Shown piece after piece: positions 47,803 through 57,515 of a stretch of 64,000 nt of DNA. The position numbers were made by a program, and so were the translations under genes. Position 1 is the first letter of the stretch. Each line of letters starts with the position of its first letter. The notes beneath the pieces were generated by a model. It made no database searches. It was not told the DNA's origin and was given only the letters and a program-made list of their open reading frames with translations. Location: contig JAJYNN010000003.1 in NCBI GenBank assembly GCA_021786315.1, forward strand, positions 3,360-67,359. Reading direction: 5' to 3'. This stretch comes from a bacterium (GTDB taxonomy: Bacteria; Patescibacteriota; Microgenomatia; Daviesbacterales; UBA10151).

Positions 47803-48972
47803 ATGATTAATCTTTCCCCAGACCAGCAACGTGCCCTGGATAAAATCCTTCTTTGGTTTAATAAAGAAAAAGACCAAAAACAATTCATTACCTTGGGAGG
47901 TTATGCCGGCACCGGCAAAACAACCTTGATTTCCATCCTCCGGGAAAACTTAGATAAAATTGACCCAGATTTAAAGGTGGCTTTTGTCTCCTACACCGGC
48001 AAAGCCGCGAGGATTTTAAAAACAAAATTGCGGGATCAAAACGTCATCCTTCCTGATGACACAGTCAGCACTATTCACTCCTTAATCTATTCCCCCGTTG
48101 TGAATGAAAAGGAGGAAATTATTGGCTGGCAAACCAAGGATGAAATTGAATGCAGCCTAATTATTATTGATGAGGCCTCGATGGTGGATGAAACAATCTG
48201 GCACCACCTTTTGTCCTACAAGAAACCCATTATTGTTGTTGGCGACCACGGCCAACTCCCCCCAATCAAAGGTAACTTTAATTTAATGCAGGAACCGCAG
48301 TTGCGGTTAGAGGAAATCCACCGCCAAGCCAGGGAAAACCCGATTATCGGTTTATCCATCCAGGCCCGGGAACACGGACTTGTTAGACCGGGAAAGTATT
48401 CTAAAAAAGTGCGCAAGTTTTCCCCGGAGGATTTTGATACCCAAGACGAGATGGGGGAAATGCTTTCCGGATTTAACACCGACACCTTAATTTTGTGTGG
48501 ATACAACACAACAAGACGAAAATTAAATAATCACATCAGGAATTCTTTGGGGTTTGAAACTCCGGAACCGTCATCCGGAGACCGAGTTATTTGTTTGCGT
48601 AATAATCATAAAGAAAAAATCTATAACGGGATGTTGGGAACTATTATCCGGATTAAGAAAAAGGATCCTAAGTGGTATGAGGCAGAAATTGCCATGGATG
48701 GTGAGGACCAAAATTATCACGGATTAATCTCTGTGGAGCAATTTAATTCTGATACCCCAATGAACTTTACGGAAAAAAGGAGCCAAATTATGGAAGGCGA
48801 CCTTTTTGATTTTGGTTATGCCTTAACGGTTCATAAAGCCCAAGGGTCTCAAGCCAAAAGGGTCATTCTTTTTGAAGAAAGGTTTAAACAAATGACAGAT
48901 GACACCTGGAAAAGATGGCTTTACACAGCAGTTACCAGAGCAGAGGAAGAATTATATATTTTTGGAGCTTAG
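47803..48972 (+). CDS. RecD/Dda-like SF1B DNA helicase
   Basis: GYAGTGKTT, IIDEASMV, GDHGQLPP, YALTVHKAQGS, LYTAVTRA. Confidence 0.9.
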   Translation: MINLSPDQQRALDKILLWFNKEKDQKQFITLGGYAGTGKTTLISILRENLDKIDPDLKVAFVSYTGKAARILKTKLRDQNVILPDDTVSTIHSLIYSPVVNEKEEIIGWQTKDEIECSLIIIDEASMVDETIWHHLLSYKKPIIVVGDHGQLPPIKGNFNLMQEPQLRLEEIHRQARENPIIGLSIQAREHGLVRPGKYSKKVRKFSPEDFDTQDEMGEMLSGFNTDTLILCGYNTTRRKLNNHIRNSLGFETPEPSSGDRVICLRNNHKEKIYNGMLGTIIRIKKKDPKWYEAEIAMDGEDQNYHGLISVEQFNSDTPMNFTEKRSQIMEGDLFDFGYALTVHKAQGSQAKRVILFEERFKQMTDDTWKRWLYTAVTRAEEELYIFGA

Positions 48973-49472
48973 TCGTCTTCAGTCAAGTCCGGAGGTAAAA
49001 TGACCCCTACTCCTTCTTGAGCTATTTTAGCGATTGCTTCTTCAGGAGTCATTCTCATCCTCTCTGAATAAGAAACAACGGCTCGGGAAATATTTACAGC
49101 ATAAGGAGTATTTTTATATCTTAAAGCCACGGATAAATCAGCCAGATCTACCCTTAATAACTTTTGATGAATATTTCTTAACCAATTTTCCAAACCTCTT
49201 TGAATCTCTGGTCCTTGTTCGGACTGAGATATAGCTACGGCTAAACTTCCAGCAATCCTTTCACCATCTCTTTCTAAAATCTCTTCAATACATGGGATAC
49301 AAGCAGTAGTTCCGTCATCAAATCCAAGATGAGGCCGATTATGTTTTTGACAATATAAACCACTTTCGATGGAACAGCTTATACAGGCAAGAGTATTTAA
49401 TCTGCCATCAGGTTGTTTTTTCGGAAGTAAAACTATTGTTTCTGGATCTGCTCCACAAATCTCACAATTCAC
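48969..49472 (-). CDS. Multi-CxxC zinc-finger hypothetical protein
   Basis: CEIC, CISC, CQKH and CIPC motifs. Confidence 0.7.
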   Translation of the reverse strand: MNCEICGADPETIVLLPKKQPDGRLNTLACISCSIESGLYCQKHNRPHLGFDDGTTACIPCIEEILERDGERIAGSLAVAISQSEQGPEIQRGLENWLRNIHQKLLRVDLADLSVALRYKNTPYAVNISRAVVSYSERMRMTPEEAIAKIAQEGVGVILPPDLTEDD

Positions 49473-49529
49473 AGCCCTAATTTTACTCTTTAACCTTAAA
49501 ATAATCCATTAAATATCCAGAAGATAGAA

Positions 49530-49583
49530 CTTTATACTGCCATCACCCGCGCCGAAGAAGAACTATATATTTTTGGATCTTAG
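49530..49583 (+). pseudogene. Remnant duplicate of the helicase gene 3' end (LYTAITRAEEELYIFGS*)
   Basis: Homologous to 48919-48972 (LYTAVTRAEEELYIFGA*) with mostly synonymous differences; no upstream ORF. Confidence 0.85.
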
Positions 49584-49607
49584 TCGCTTCATTAAAGATA
49601 AAGCTGT

Positions 49608-50249
49608 TTGATTTTTGACAAGATAAAGAGTATCTTAAGGCCAATCAGCTCTAAGATCATGGTCGTCATTTTAGTCTTGCTATTTTTAATTTCCCCTTTT
49701 CTATTAATTGCATGTTTAATTAGACCTTCATTAACTAACACTTTGATAAAACACAATTTATCCAGAAAACAAATTGGCCTCTATTTTGGAATAATAATTG
49801 TTGTACTGTTTATTCTTATCGGAATTACCAATCCAGCTCCCCAAAATCAACCGAAATCTGGGAGTGGAACTAAACCCCAAACTTCAGATTCTCAAAACTT
49901 AAATGTTAACTCAGGCAAAGTAAGTCCTTCCCCTAAAATAACCCCTACAATCTCACCTACCAATACACCCACTCCAACAAAAGTTATTGCTCCTTCTCCA
50001 ACCAATAGACCTTATCTAATCCCTACTTTTGTACCAACAAGTACGCCCACCATACAACAGACTTACCAACCGGCAACACAAACCCAAACCTATACTAGTT
50101 CTTATATCTGTAATTGTAGTAAAACATGTACCCAAATTTCCTCCTGTGCCGAAGCTCAATATCTTTTAAATGTTTGCGGATGTAGCGCTCGAGATGCTGA
50201 TGGAGATGGAATAGCTTGCGACGGAGCTCCACTTCATTGTCAAAATTAA
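49608..50249 (+). CDS. Membrane-anchored Pro/Thr-rich protein with C-terminal Excalibur-like domain
   Basis: Two TM helices, PT linker, SCAEAQYLL..CG..RDADGDGIACD. Confidence 0.8.
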   Translation: MIFDKIKSILRPISSKIMVVILVLLFLISPFLLIACLIRPSLTNTLIKHNLSRKQIGLYFGIIIVVLFILIGITNPAPQNQPKSGSGTKPQTSDSQNLNVNSGKVSPSPKITPTISPTNTPTPTKVIAPSPTNRPYLIPTFVPTSTPTIQQTYQPATQTQTYTSSYICNCSKTCTQISSCAEAQYLLNVCGCSARDADGDGIACDGAPLHCQN

Positions 50250-50259
50250 TTGCAAAACT

Positions 50260-53200
50260 TTAGTTTAATAACTCCGTAACCGATTGAACTACTGTATTAC
50301 GATCAAATTTTTCATTAATCCAATCTGCATATTTGATACGGCAAAACTTCCAACCCGCAGCTTCAAGTACACGTTGGCGTTCTTCGTCACTTTCAACATG
50401 AATACCATAAGCTTCATCTATTTCATCCTTAAAATGGCATGGACCATCACACTCGATAGCCAAACGTTTACCAGTATTTGCATTACTTACAACAAAGTCA
50501 ATTCGAAAACCACAACTCTCTACCTGGTTTTGGATTTTATACCCTCGTTTTAAATTTGAGCGCATCAGATTAAAAAATTCTTCTTCAAAATATGAATCAA
50601 AAGGCTTAATCTCCGTGGAATAAAATGCGACTTCTCCGTTTTCCTGTATATATTCAAGATATTTTTTGAGCCAAATTTTCTCAGGAATATCATTGATAGG
50701 CATACTTACAAAGCAATGAACCTGCAGTTTGGCGCGCGAAAATGCGACATTAACTCTTCCTTTGTTAATATCAGCTCTTATATCTCCACTTTCTCCAGTC
50801 AAAGGCACGTATTTTCTTTTTTGATCAGGTGTTCTAATAACGAACGAATAAATTATTATATCCTTTTCGTCACCTTGAATACCTTCAATTATACTTACCT
50901 TGTAATTATCGTTTTCCTCTTTAAATCCTTCCTGCTCAAAGAGATCACGGATGTAAGCCGCCTGCGCATTAAAGAAAGATAAGATACCAACAGATTTGTT
51001 TTTATAACACTCATCCTTACGTAGATCCTTGAAAAAGTTTAATATTGCTTTAGCTTCAGCAACATTTACATTATCTGAAAACTCTTCGCTCCAATCAGAT
51101 TTAATCTCATGAATAAGCATTACTCGATTCGTGTCCTTATAAGTCAAATAATTACTATTAACTGGAATCAGCTCTTTACCTTTAGGTGTATAGAAAAATT
51201 CATTACTAAACCCAATCAACTCAGCAGGTGAACGATAATGATATCTGAGAGGCTTGGCCATAAAACCTCGTTTCTCCGCAATTTCTAAGACCGATTGCAC
51301 AGCCGATCCTGTCGCCTTAATCTGTCGTTCTTCAGGTATCTGATATCGTCGCGCTAAGTCGTCAAACACTCGGTTGGATTTAAACATAACAGTGGTATCA
51401 CGCATTTGTTCACTATCACCAACAAAGAGAACTTTATTCGTGCGGTACATCACAGGTAATGTATATGCAACGTTACATTGAGACGCTTCATCCAAAATTA
51501 CATAGTCAAATAAACCAGCTTCAAGTGGGATAATGCGACTTGCATCATCAAGTTCCATAATCCAGATGGGAATCAAATCCAAAACAACGTTGAAATTGTT
51601 TACGTCTTTACGAAGATTATCAAATGTCTTAAAAGCTTTTTTAGATTTTCCAAAAGCGCTTGCAAGTTTCCTTACTATCTGTTTGATTGTTATGCCTGAC
51701 TTCCATTTTTCCATAATTCTCATATCAATAATGTTCTGAAGATAAAGAGCAACTCTCTTGGCGCGTTCCTGTTCGAAATGTTTTAAGGCAGAATTTATTT
51801 GATTTACGCTAGCAGTTTTGGCTAATTCTTGTAACTCCGCCTCAATCTCGTGCACCTTCACGATCTTATTCTTAATTTCTTCGAAGCCAACAGAAGTACA
51901 TTCATCAATCTTCCCGTCTAAAACTTCGAATTCTTTGTCAGATAGTCCGCATTCATCTAAAGTTTCTTCTAATTTTTCATTGGCTTTATCTAGAATTTGA
52001 ATATTTTCAAAAAAATAGCAATATTTATACAGTCGATCAAGCAATTTTACTTTTTCCTCTTTCCCAAAATTGCTTTTCAAAATTTCATCTATATGATCGT
52101 AGATCTTCATGGGTAATTTAGAAAAAGTGTTTTTAAGTCGTATCCTCCGCTTGAAATTATTAACATTGCGCAAAATATGCGAATGACGATCATACCCAGT
52201 TTTTATAACATCCTCTCTAATCTCTGCCGTTGCTTTAGCAAAATCACCGTTTTTCAGATCAAAATCCGAAAAAATCTTGTCATACTTTTTCTTTTCTTCA
52301 CTATGCTCATATTCTTTGATTACCTCATTCAGCGTCTCAATTTCTTTTTTTAATGTTTTTATTTCTTTCCATTCAGCCGTTGACATATTTTTTGCAAAAC
52401 TCTCATAATCAGAAATGCTCAAGTTATATTCTTCAAGCGAAGCAATCTCTTGATGAAGTTTGTATACTCGCCTCTGAGTATCAATAATTTTATTAACATC
52501 TTTACGCTTCTCTTCTTTTTCCTCCACTACTCCTTCAATTTCTGGTAATTCAATCGAACTTCCTGCCCATTGATATTTATAATTAAGTTTTTCAATATAA
52601 GAACCAAGTGCACTCAACTGCGGGGCAATACCATCTGCTTCATCATCGTCTCCGAGTTGCGCTGAATTAGGGTTAGGTAAATAACCAAAAAGATACTTTA
52701 CTTCAAGCTTCTTAAGCTTATCCTTCACAACTTTCAATGCTTGAGCCTTCTGGCTTACGAATAATACGCGATTCCCAGTTGCAGCGAGGTGACAAAGGAT
52801 ATTTGAAATTGTCTCAGATTTTCCAGTACCCGGAGGCCCTTGGATAATTGCCCCTTTATTACCAAGTAAAGAGAGAGTTGAAAGCTGATATTTGTCATAC
52901 AAAAATGGAAAATATAAATCTTTCTCGTGAGGTACATCACTCTCAATATTTAAACCTTCATCTTGAGTCCAACTCGTAAGAGCAGTTTTAGAGAGTTCCT
53001 CCTCAGTTAGTTTTGTAAGTTTTGCCAAATCTTCAGCTAGAAAATAATTAGCTTTTGCACTTAAAGCAATTTTAATTTCATCCAACGAAAAAGAATCTTC
53101 ATCAAAATTAGCTTCTTTTAACCGCAACTGGGCTTTGATTTTATGCCAAATTTCTGTAAATATTTCTAAATCAGTTATAGGTAAAGTTAGTCTTCCATCA

Positions 53201-53808
53201 ATTTCGTATTTACCCATCTCTTCCAAAAGCTGAAAATATAAACCTTCACCAAGAATCGCTTCTAGTATTCCAATGTTCACTTGTATTTCTGAGTCAATGA
53301 AATATACGTAGTATCGCCCTACCCCGCTTTTACTAATCTCTTTTTCGATTCTGACTGGTAAAGAGAAGAGGGGATAACGATCTATCTTCGTTTTAGTGGA
53401 TTTTTCTTCTATAGCCTCTTCTTGTTCATCCGATGTAATAATATCTCCGTCTTCCTCTACGGGAATCTCTATTTCAAAATAACCAAAACTTAATATAACT
53501 TGTTTTGTATATTGATCATTTCTCTGCTTGTCATAAATTTCATCTATTTTGTTCGCTAATTCTTTTTCGCTCTCGTAATCCTTTTTCTTTTCTTCAGGCA
53601 CATCCTTTGGATCGTACTCATAAAAGGTTTTAAGATCAATTAATTCCGCTATTTTTTCATCGGTATCTCCATTTAGCAATCCAAGTAATCCGAAGTAACC
53701 TGCGGGTATATCAACAGCATATTTTTGTTGCGCTAATACAGTACGCGCCCTTGTTAGTTTTATATAACCTAGGCAATACTTTATAAAATTTAAAAGGTTG
53801 TCATCCAT
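50260..53808 (-). CDS. Upf1-like SF1 helicase with C-terminal Vsr/DUF559-type endonuclease (Hhe-like architecture)
   Basis: QGPPGTGKS, ILDEASQ, GDSEQ, HYRS, QGDEKD, NVAFSRAK; FRIDFVV..LAIECDG..H...ERQRVLEAAGW. Confidence 0.85.
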   Translation of the reverse strand: MDDNLLNFIKYCLGYIKLTRARTVLAQQKYAVDIPAGYFGLLGLLNGDTDEKIAELIDLKTFYEYDPKDVPEEKKKDYESEKELANKIDEIYDKQRNDQYTKQVILSFGYFEIEIPVEEDGDIITSDEQEEAIEEKSTKTKIDRYPLFSLPVRIEKEISKSGVGRYYVYFIDSEIQVNIGILEAILGEGLYFQLLEEMGKYEIDGRLTLPITDLEIFTEIWHKIKAQLRLKEANFDEDSFSLDEIKIALSAKANYFLAEDLAKLTKLTEEELSKTALTSWTQDEGLNIESDVPHEKDLYFPFLYDKYQLSTLSLLGNKGAIIQGPPGTGKSETISNILCHLAATGNRVLFVSQKAQALKVVKDKLKKLEVKYLFGYLPNPNSAQLGDDDEADGIAPQLSALGSYIEKLNYKYQWAGSSIELPEIEGVVEEKEEKRKDVNKIIDTQRRVYKLHQEIASLEEYNLSISDYESFAKNMSTAEWKEIKTLKKEIETLNEVIKEYEHSEEKKKYDKIFSDFDLKNGDFAKATAEIREDVIKTGYDRHSHILRNVNNFKRRIRLKNTFSKLPMKIYDHIDEILKSNFGKEEKVKLLDRLYKYCYFFENIQILDKANEKLEETLDECGLSDKEFEVLDGKIDECTSVGFEEIKNKIVKVHEIEAELQELAKTASVNQINSALKHFEQERAKRVALYLQNIIDMRIMEKWKSGITIKQIVRKLASAFGKSKKAFKTFDNLRKDVNNFNVVLDLIPIWIMELDDASRIIPLEAGLFDYVILDEASQCNVAYTLPVMYRTNKVLFVGDSEQMRDTTVMFKSNRVFDDLARRYQIPEERQIKATGSAVQSVLEIAEKRGFMAKPLRYHYRSPAELIGFSNEFFYTPKGKELIPVNSNYLTYKDTNRVMLIHEIKSDWSEEFSDNVNVAEAKAILNFFKDLRKDECYKNKSVGILSFFNAQAAYIRDLFEQEGFKEENDNYKVSIIEGIQGDEKDIIIYSFVIRTPDQKRKYVPLTGESGDIRADINKGRVNVAFSRAKLQVHCFVSMPINDIPEKIWLKKYLEYIQENGEVAFYSTEIKPFDSYFEEEFFNLMRSNLKRGYKIQNQVESCGFRIDFVVSNANTGKRLAIECDGPCHFKDEIDEAYGIHVESDEERQRVLEAAGWKFCRIKYADWINEKFDRNTVVQSVTELLN

Positions 53809-53979
53809 AAAATAGTCTGACTATAAACCTAATCAAGCGAAATTTTAAAAATCTGAATTTGTTCTTTTTGAAGAAAGATAGGGGTAATAAAATCCATATC
53901 TTGTCTCGCCTAACATTTTAGTACTTAATATAATCTAAAACAAGATAAGCTAATCTTATTTTTTCTAAATTGGCTGGTA

Positions 53980-54486
53980 TTATTTTACATCAAGAAGTTC
54001 GAGTTCGAAGATGAGAGTGGAGTTGGGTGGGATAACTCCCATATCCCGGGAGCCGTAGCCTAAATCAGGTGGGATGGTTAACTTTCTTTTTCCACCAACC
54101 TTCATGCCTATTACCCCTTCATCCCAACCTTTAATCACCTGTCCCACCCCAATTTGGGTTACAAAAGCTTGATTCCGATCGTATGAAGAATCAAACTTTT
54201 GCCCGTTTTCCAAGGTGCCAACATAATTAATGGTCACTGTATCCCCGGATTTTACTTCTTTCCCGGTTCCCACTTTTATGTCTTCAATCTTTAGCTCTCC
54301 CGAAGGGGAAGCATCAACAGGGGCCGCGGAAATTGATTCACTTTGGGTAATGGTTTTTGAGTTGTCCCCGGATGCAGCACTGTCGTCCTTATTTGACATC
54401 ACCACCAAGGCTACCACAACAATGAGAACCAATACAAGACCGGGAACAATAAATTTTTTAGACACCGAAAGATTATAGTCCGACAT
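53980..54486 (-). CDS. FKBP-type peptidyl-prolyl isomerase, membrane anchored
   Basis: YVGTL.NG.KFDSS, VIKGWDEG, IPP.LGYG, IPPNSTLIFELEL. Confidence 0.95.
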   Translation of the reverse strand: MSDYNLSVSKKFIVPGLVLVLIVVVALVVMSNKDDSAASGDNSKTITQSESISAAPVDASPSGELKIEDIKVGTGKEVKSGDTVTINYVGTLENGQKFDSSYDRNQAFVTQIGVGQVIKGWDEGVIGMKVGGKRKLTIPPDLGYGSRDMGVIPPNSTLIFELELLDVK

Positions 54487-54564
54487 GGACCAAAAGTCTA
54501 TGGACTATAACACGTTCCCCTTCCTATTAAGGCGCAATTATTTATATAATGGATATACCTACCC

Positions 54565-55569
54565 ATGAAAATTTGTATCTTTGAAATTACTGAAGCTGAG
54601 AAGGAAGATTATTTTGTTAAGGAATTAGAGGGACACGAGGTAACTTTTATAGAAGATCCTTTGGCTGAAGGCTGTATTCCGGAAGAAACCGATTTTGATA
54701 TTATCTCTGTTTTTGTTTGTTCGAAGGTAACGGATAAAGTAATTTCCGCTTTTCCTAATTTAAAACATATTGCCACCCGTTCCACCGGTTTTGACCACAT
54801 CGATACCCAGTTTGCCAAAAGCAAAGGAATTACGGTTTCCACGGTTCCGGCTTACGGGTCGCACACCGTGGCCGAGTTTGCCTTTGGCTTAATCCTTTCC
54901 CTGTCCCGGAAAATCCCGGCAGCCGTTAACCGGATAAAGATGGGTAACGATTTTGATTTTGAGGGACTGCGGGGATTCGATTTATCCGAAAAAACCCTGG
55001 GGGTGGTGGGGACTGGAAAAATCGGGGCCAATGTCATTAGAATTGCCAAGGGTTTTAATATGAAGGTTTTGGCTTGTGACCCATATCCTAATAATGAGCT
55101 TTCCAAAACTTTAGGTTTTGAGTATGTTTCCTTGGGTGAACTTTTAAGGGATGCGGATATTGTTACCCTGCACACCCCCTATTTGCCGGAAACCCACCAT
55201 TTAATAAATAAGGAAAATATCCTGCTCATGAAAAAGGGGGCATTTTTAATAAACACCTCCCGGGGGGCGGTTGTGGAAACCGAAGCCTTGTTTCAGGCTT
55301 TAACCCAGGAACATATTGCCGGGGCGGCGTTGGATGTTTTTGAGGAGGAAAATGACTTAAAGGAAGAGGCGGAGCTTTTATCCAACAAGAAAGTTTCCGC
55401 CAAAGAATTCAGGACTGTGGTGGAGGATCATATCTTAATGCATTTGCCAAACGTTATTGCCACTCCCCACATGGCCTTCTATACCAAAGAAGCCGAATTT
55501 TCCATTCTGGAAACCACGGTTAAAAACATTAAAGGCTTTATATCGGGAAGTCCAGAAAATATAGTGTAA
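54565..55569 (+). CDS. ldhA: D-2-hydroxyacid (D-lactate-type) dehydrogenase
   Basis: RSTGFDHID, GTGKIG, INTSRG, LDVFEEE, TPHMAF. Confidence 0.85.
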   Translation: MKICIFEITEAEKEDYFVKELEGHEVTFIEDPLAEGCIPEETDFDIISVFVCSKVTDKVISAFPNLKHIATRSTGFDHIDTQFAKSKGITVSTVPAYGSHTVAEFAFGLILSLSRKIPAAVNRIKMGNDFDFEGLRGFDLSEKTLGVVGTGKIGANVIRIAKGFNMKVLACDPYPNNELSKTLGFEYVSLGELLRDADIVTLHTPYLPETHHLINKENILLMKKGAFLINTSRGAVVETEALFQALTQEHIAGAALDVFEEENDLKEEAELLSNKKVSAKEFRTVVEDHILMHLPNVIATPHMAFYTKEAEFSILETTVKNIKGFISGSPENIV

Positions 55570-55613
55570 TTTCCAGGGGTGTCTTCTAAGCAAAGCTTAA
55601 GAGCTTCGCTCAT

Positions 55614-55649
55614 AAGGTGACGCCTTTACGTACGTCAAGGCGTCACCTT
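55614..55649. repeat. AAGGTGACGCCTT inverted-repeat element (may also serve as a terminator)
   Basis: 13-bp perfect arms matching those at 47681-47742; between convergent genes. Confidence 0.8.
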
Positions 55650-55659
55650 GAAAATGCTT

Positions 55660-56274
55660 CTAGTCTGGTTTCTTTATCTCTTTGGATAAAATTTTTCCTT
55701 CAGCATCCATTTCATAAATATCAATTTCACCGGTGGCAATTTCTATATTGGGAATTTCTACATCCGGAATATCTTCAATGTATTTGACCAATGCCCGAAG
55801 TGAATTCCCGTGGGCCACCACCAAAACATTTTTGCCATTTTTTAAATCTTCCAAAATATGGCTTTGATAAAAAGGCACTACCCGGTTATAAACATCCTTT
55901 AAGGTTTCCCCATTGGGAACCGGTTCATCCCACCCTCTCCTGATCCTTTGAAACTTTTCTTCCCCAAATAATTTTTGCAGTTCCCATTTATTTTTTCCGG
56001 TATAATCCCCGTAATCCCTTTCGTTTAAGGCAGAATCCTCCACCGTTTCCAAATTTTCCGCCCCCAAGACTTTTTTAATTTCATCCAAAGTATGGATTGC
56101 CCGCAGCAGTTTGGAGGTATAGGCAATTTGAAAATTAATACCCCGGAGTTTTTCCCCAACTCCCCCGGCCACAGCCCTACCCTTAACATCCAAATCAATA
56201 TCCCGCCAACCGGTCCAAAGACCCTGGGCGTTCCAAACTGATTCACCATGTCGAACAAGTACTAAGTAACTCAT
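55660..56274 (-). CDS. gpmA: 2,3-BPG-dependent phosphoglycerate mutase
   Basis: LVRHGES.WN...TGW.D, LNERDYG, AHGNSLRAL. Confidence 0.93.
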   Translation of the reverse strand: MSYLVLVRHGESVWNAQGLWTGWRDIDLDVKGRAVAGGVGEKLRGINFQIAYTSKLLRAIHTLDEIKKVLGAENLETVEDSALNERDYGDYTGKNKWELQKLFGEEKFQRIRRGWDEPVPNGETLKDVYNRVVPFYQSHILEDLKNGKNVLVVAHGNSLRALVKYIEDIPDVEIPNIEIATGEIDIYEMDAEGKILSKEIKKPD

Positions 56275-56294
56275 ATAATTTTTAATTTACAATT

Positions 56295-57485
56295 TTAAAT
56301 TTTAAAATTCCTTTCTATCTCCACCAACCGATGGTACTTTACCAGTCTTACTTCCTGCAAGGGGCAACCGGATTTAAAACCGTCAGCGCCGATCCCAGCC
56401 GCCAAATCCGCAATAAAGGTATCCATGGTTTCACCGGACCTGTGGGAAACAATCGTTTTCCAGCCGTAACTTTTGGCCAAATTTGCCGCCTGGATAGTTT
56501 CCGTCACTGTCCCGATTTGGGTGGGTTTAATAATGACGGCATTGATAGCATTCTTTTCTTTGGCTTTTCTAATTTGGGAAACATTGGTGGTGGTTAAATC
56601 ATCCCCCACAATCCAAGTTTTATTTCCAATTAATTCTAATAATTTGGCAAAACTTTCCGGGTCATCCTCCGAAAATGGGTCTTCAATAGAGAACATCGGG
56701 TAATCTGTCACTATCTTTTTATATAAATCCAAAAGCTGATCAGGAGTTAATAAATTATCCCCCACCAAATACCCGGCATCTTTTTTAAAGGTTGATGCCG
56801 CCACATCCAGCCCCAATAAACTATCTTCCCAACCCCCTTCTTTTCTGACTTCATCCAAAATCTGCAAACCTGTTAAAGGATCAGTGGAAGGAACGGTATA
56901 GCCGCCCTCATCCCCCTGTTTTAATTTTTCATATTTTTTATGGATTACTTCCCCCAAAACTTTAATGAACAATAAAACTTCATTTAAAGATTCCCGGGGG
57001 GAATTTGTTTGGGGGATCAGCAGGTATTCCTGAAAGGGTAGGGAATTTTCCGCGTGTACCCCACCCTCAATTAAGTTATAAAAACAAAGGGGTAACTTTT
57101 TCTCCCTATTGCCGGCAATTTTGGCAATCAATTCAAAAGTTTCCAAATTCCCTTTTTGGGCTAAAAGTTTAGTGAAGGCAATTGATAAAACCAAAATTAA
57201 ATTTCCACCAAGTTTAGATTTGTTAGGAGTTCCGTCAAGGGTTAAAAGCAAATGGTCAAATTGTTCCAGGGTGGAAAATTCGGTATCCCCGATTTGGGAT
57301 TTTATCCAGGGGATTTTTTCCAAAGCATTTTTAGGAGGGATTAGTGCGGCTTCGTTTTTCCCGGTGCTTTTTCCCGATGGAACAGAAGCAACAGCTGAGG
57401 TTTCTCCGGAAATCATCTCCGCTTCCAGTGTATCCTGTCCCCTCGAATCCGGAATTACCTTAAGTTGAATATCATCTATCTTCAT
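56295..57485 (-). CDS. eno: Enolase
   Basis: DSRG, VPSGKSTG, GDEGG, VGDDL, SHRSGET. Confidence 0.93.
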   Translation of the reverse strand: MKIDDIQLKVIPDSRGQDTLEAEMISGETSAVASVPSGKSTGKNEAALIPPKNALEKIPWIKSQIGDTEFSTLEQFDHLLLTLDGTPNKSKLGGNLILVLSIAFTKLLAQKGNLETFELIAKIAGNREKKLPLCFYNLIEGGVHAENSLPFQEYLLIPQTNSPRESLNEVLLFIKVLGEVIHKKYEKLKQGDEGGYTVPSTDPLTGLQILDEVRKEGGWEDSLLGLDVAASTFKKDAGYLVGDNLLTPDQLLDLYKKIVTDYPMFSIEDPFSEDDPESFAKLLELIGNKTWIVGDDLTTTNVSQIRKAKEKNAINAVIIKPTQIGTVTETIQAANLAKSYGWKTIVSHRSGETMDTFIADLAAGIGADGFKSGCPLQEVRLVKYHRLVEIERNFKI

Positions 57486-57515
57486 CTTCCACCCTTAATA
57501 CTAAATACTTACCCC

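Noticed and set aside
46427-53808. Prophage or integrative island anchored at tRNA-Pro
   Set aside because: No integrase, no phage genes and no repeat of the tRNA 3' end seen.
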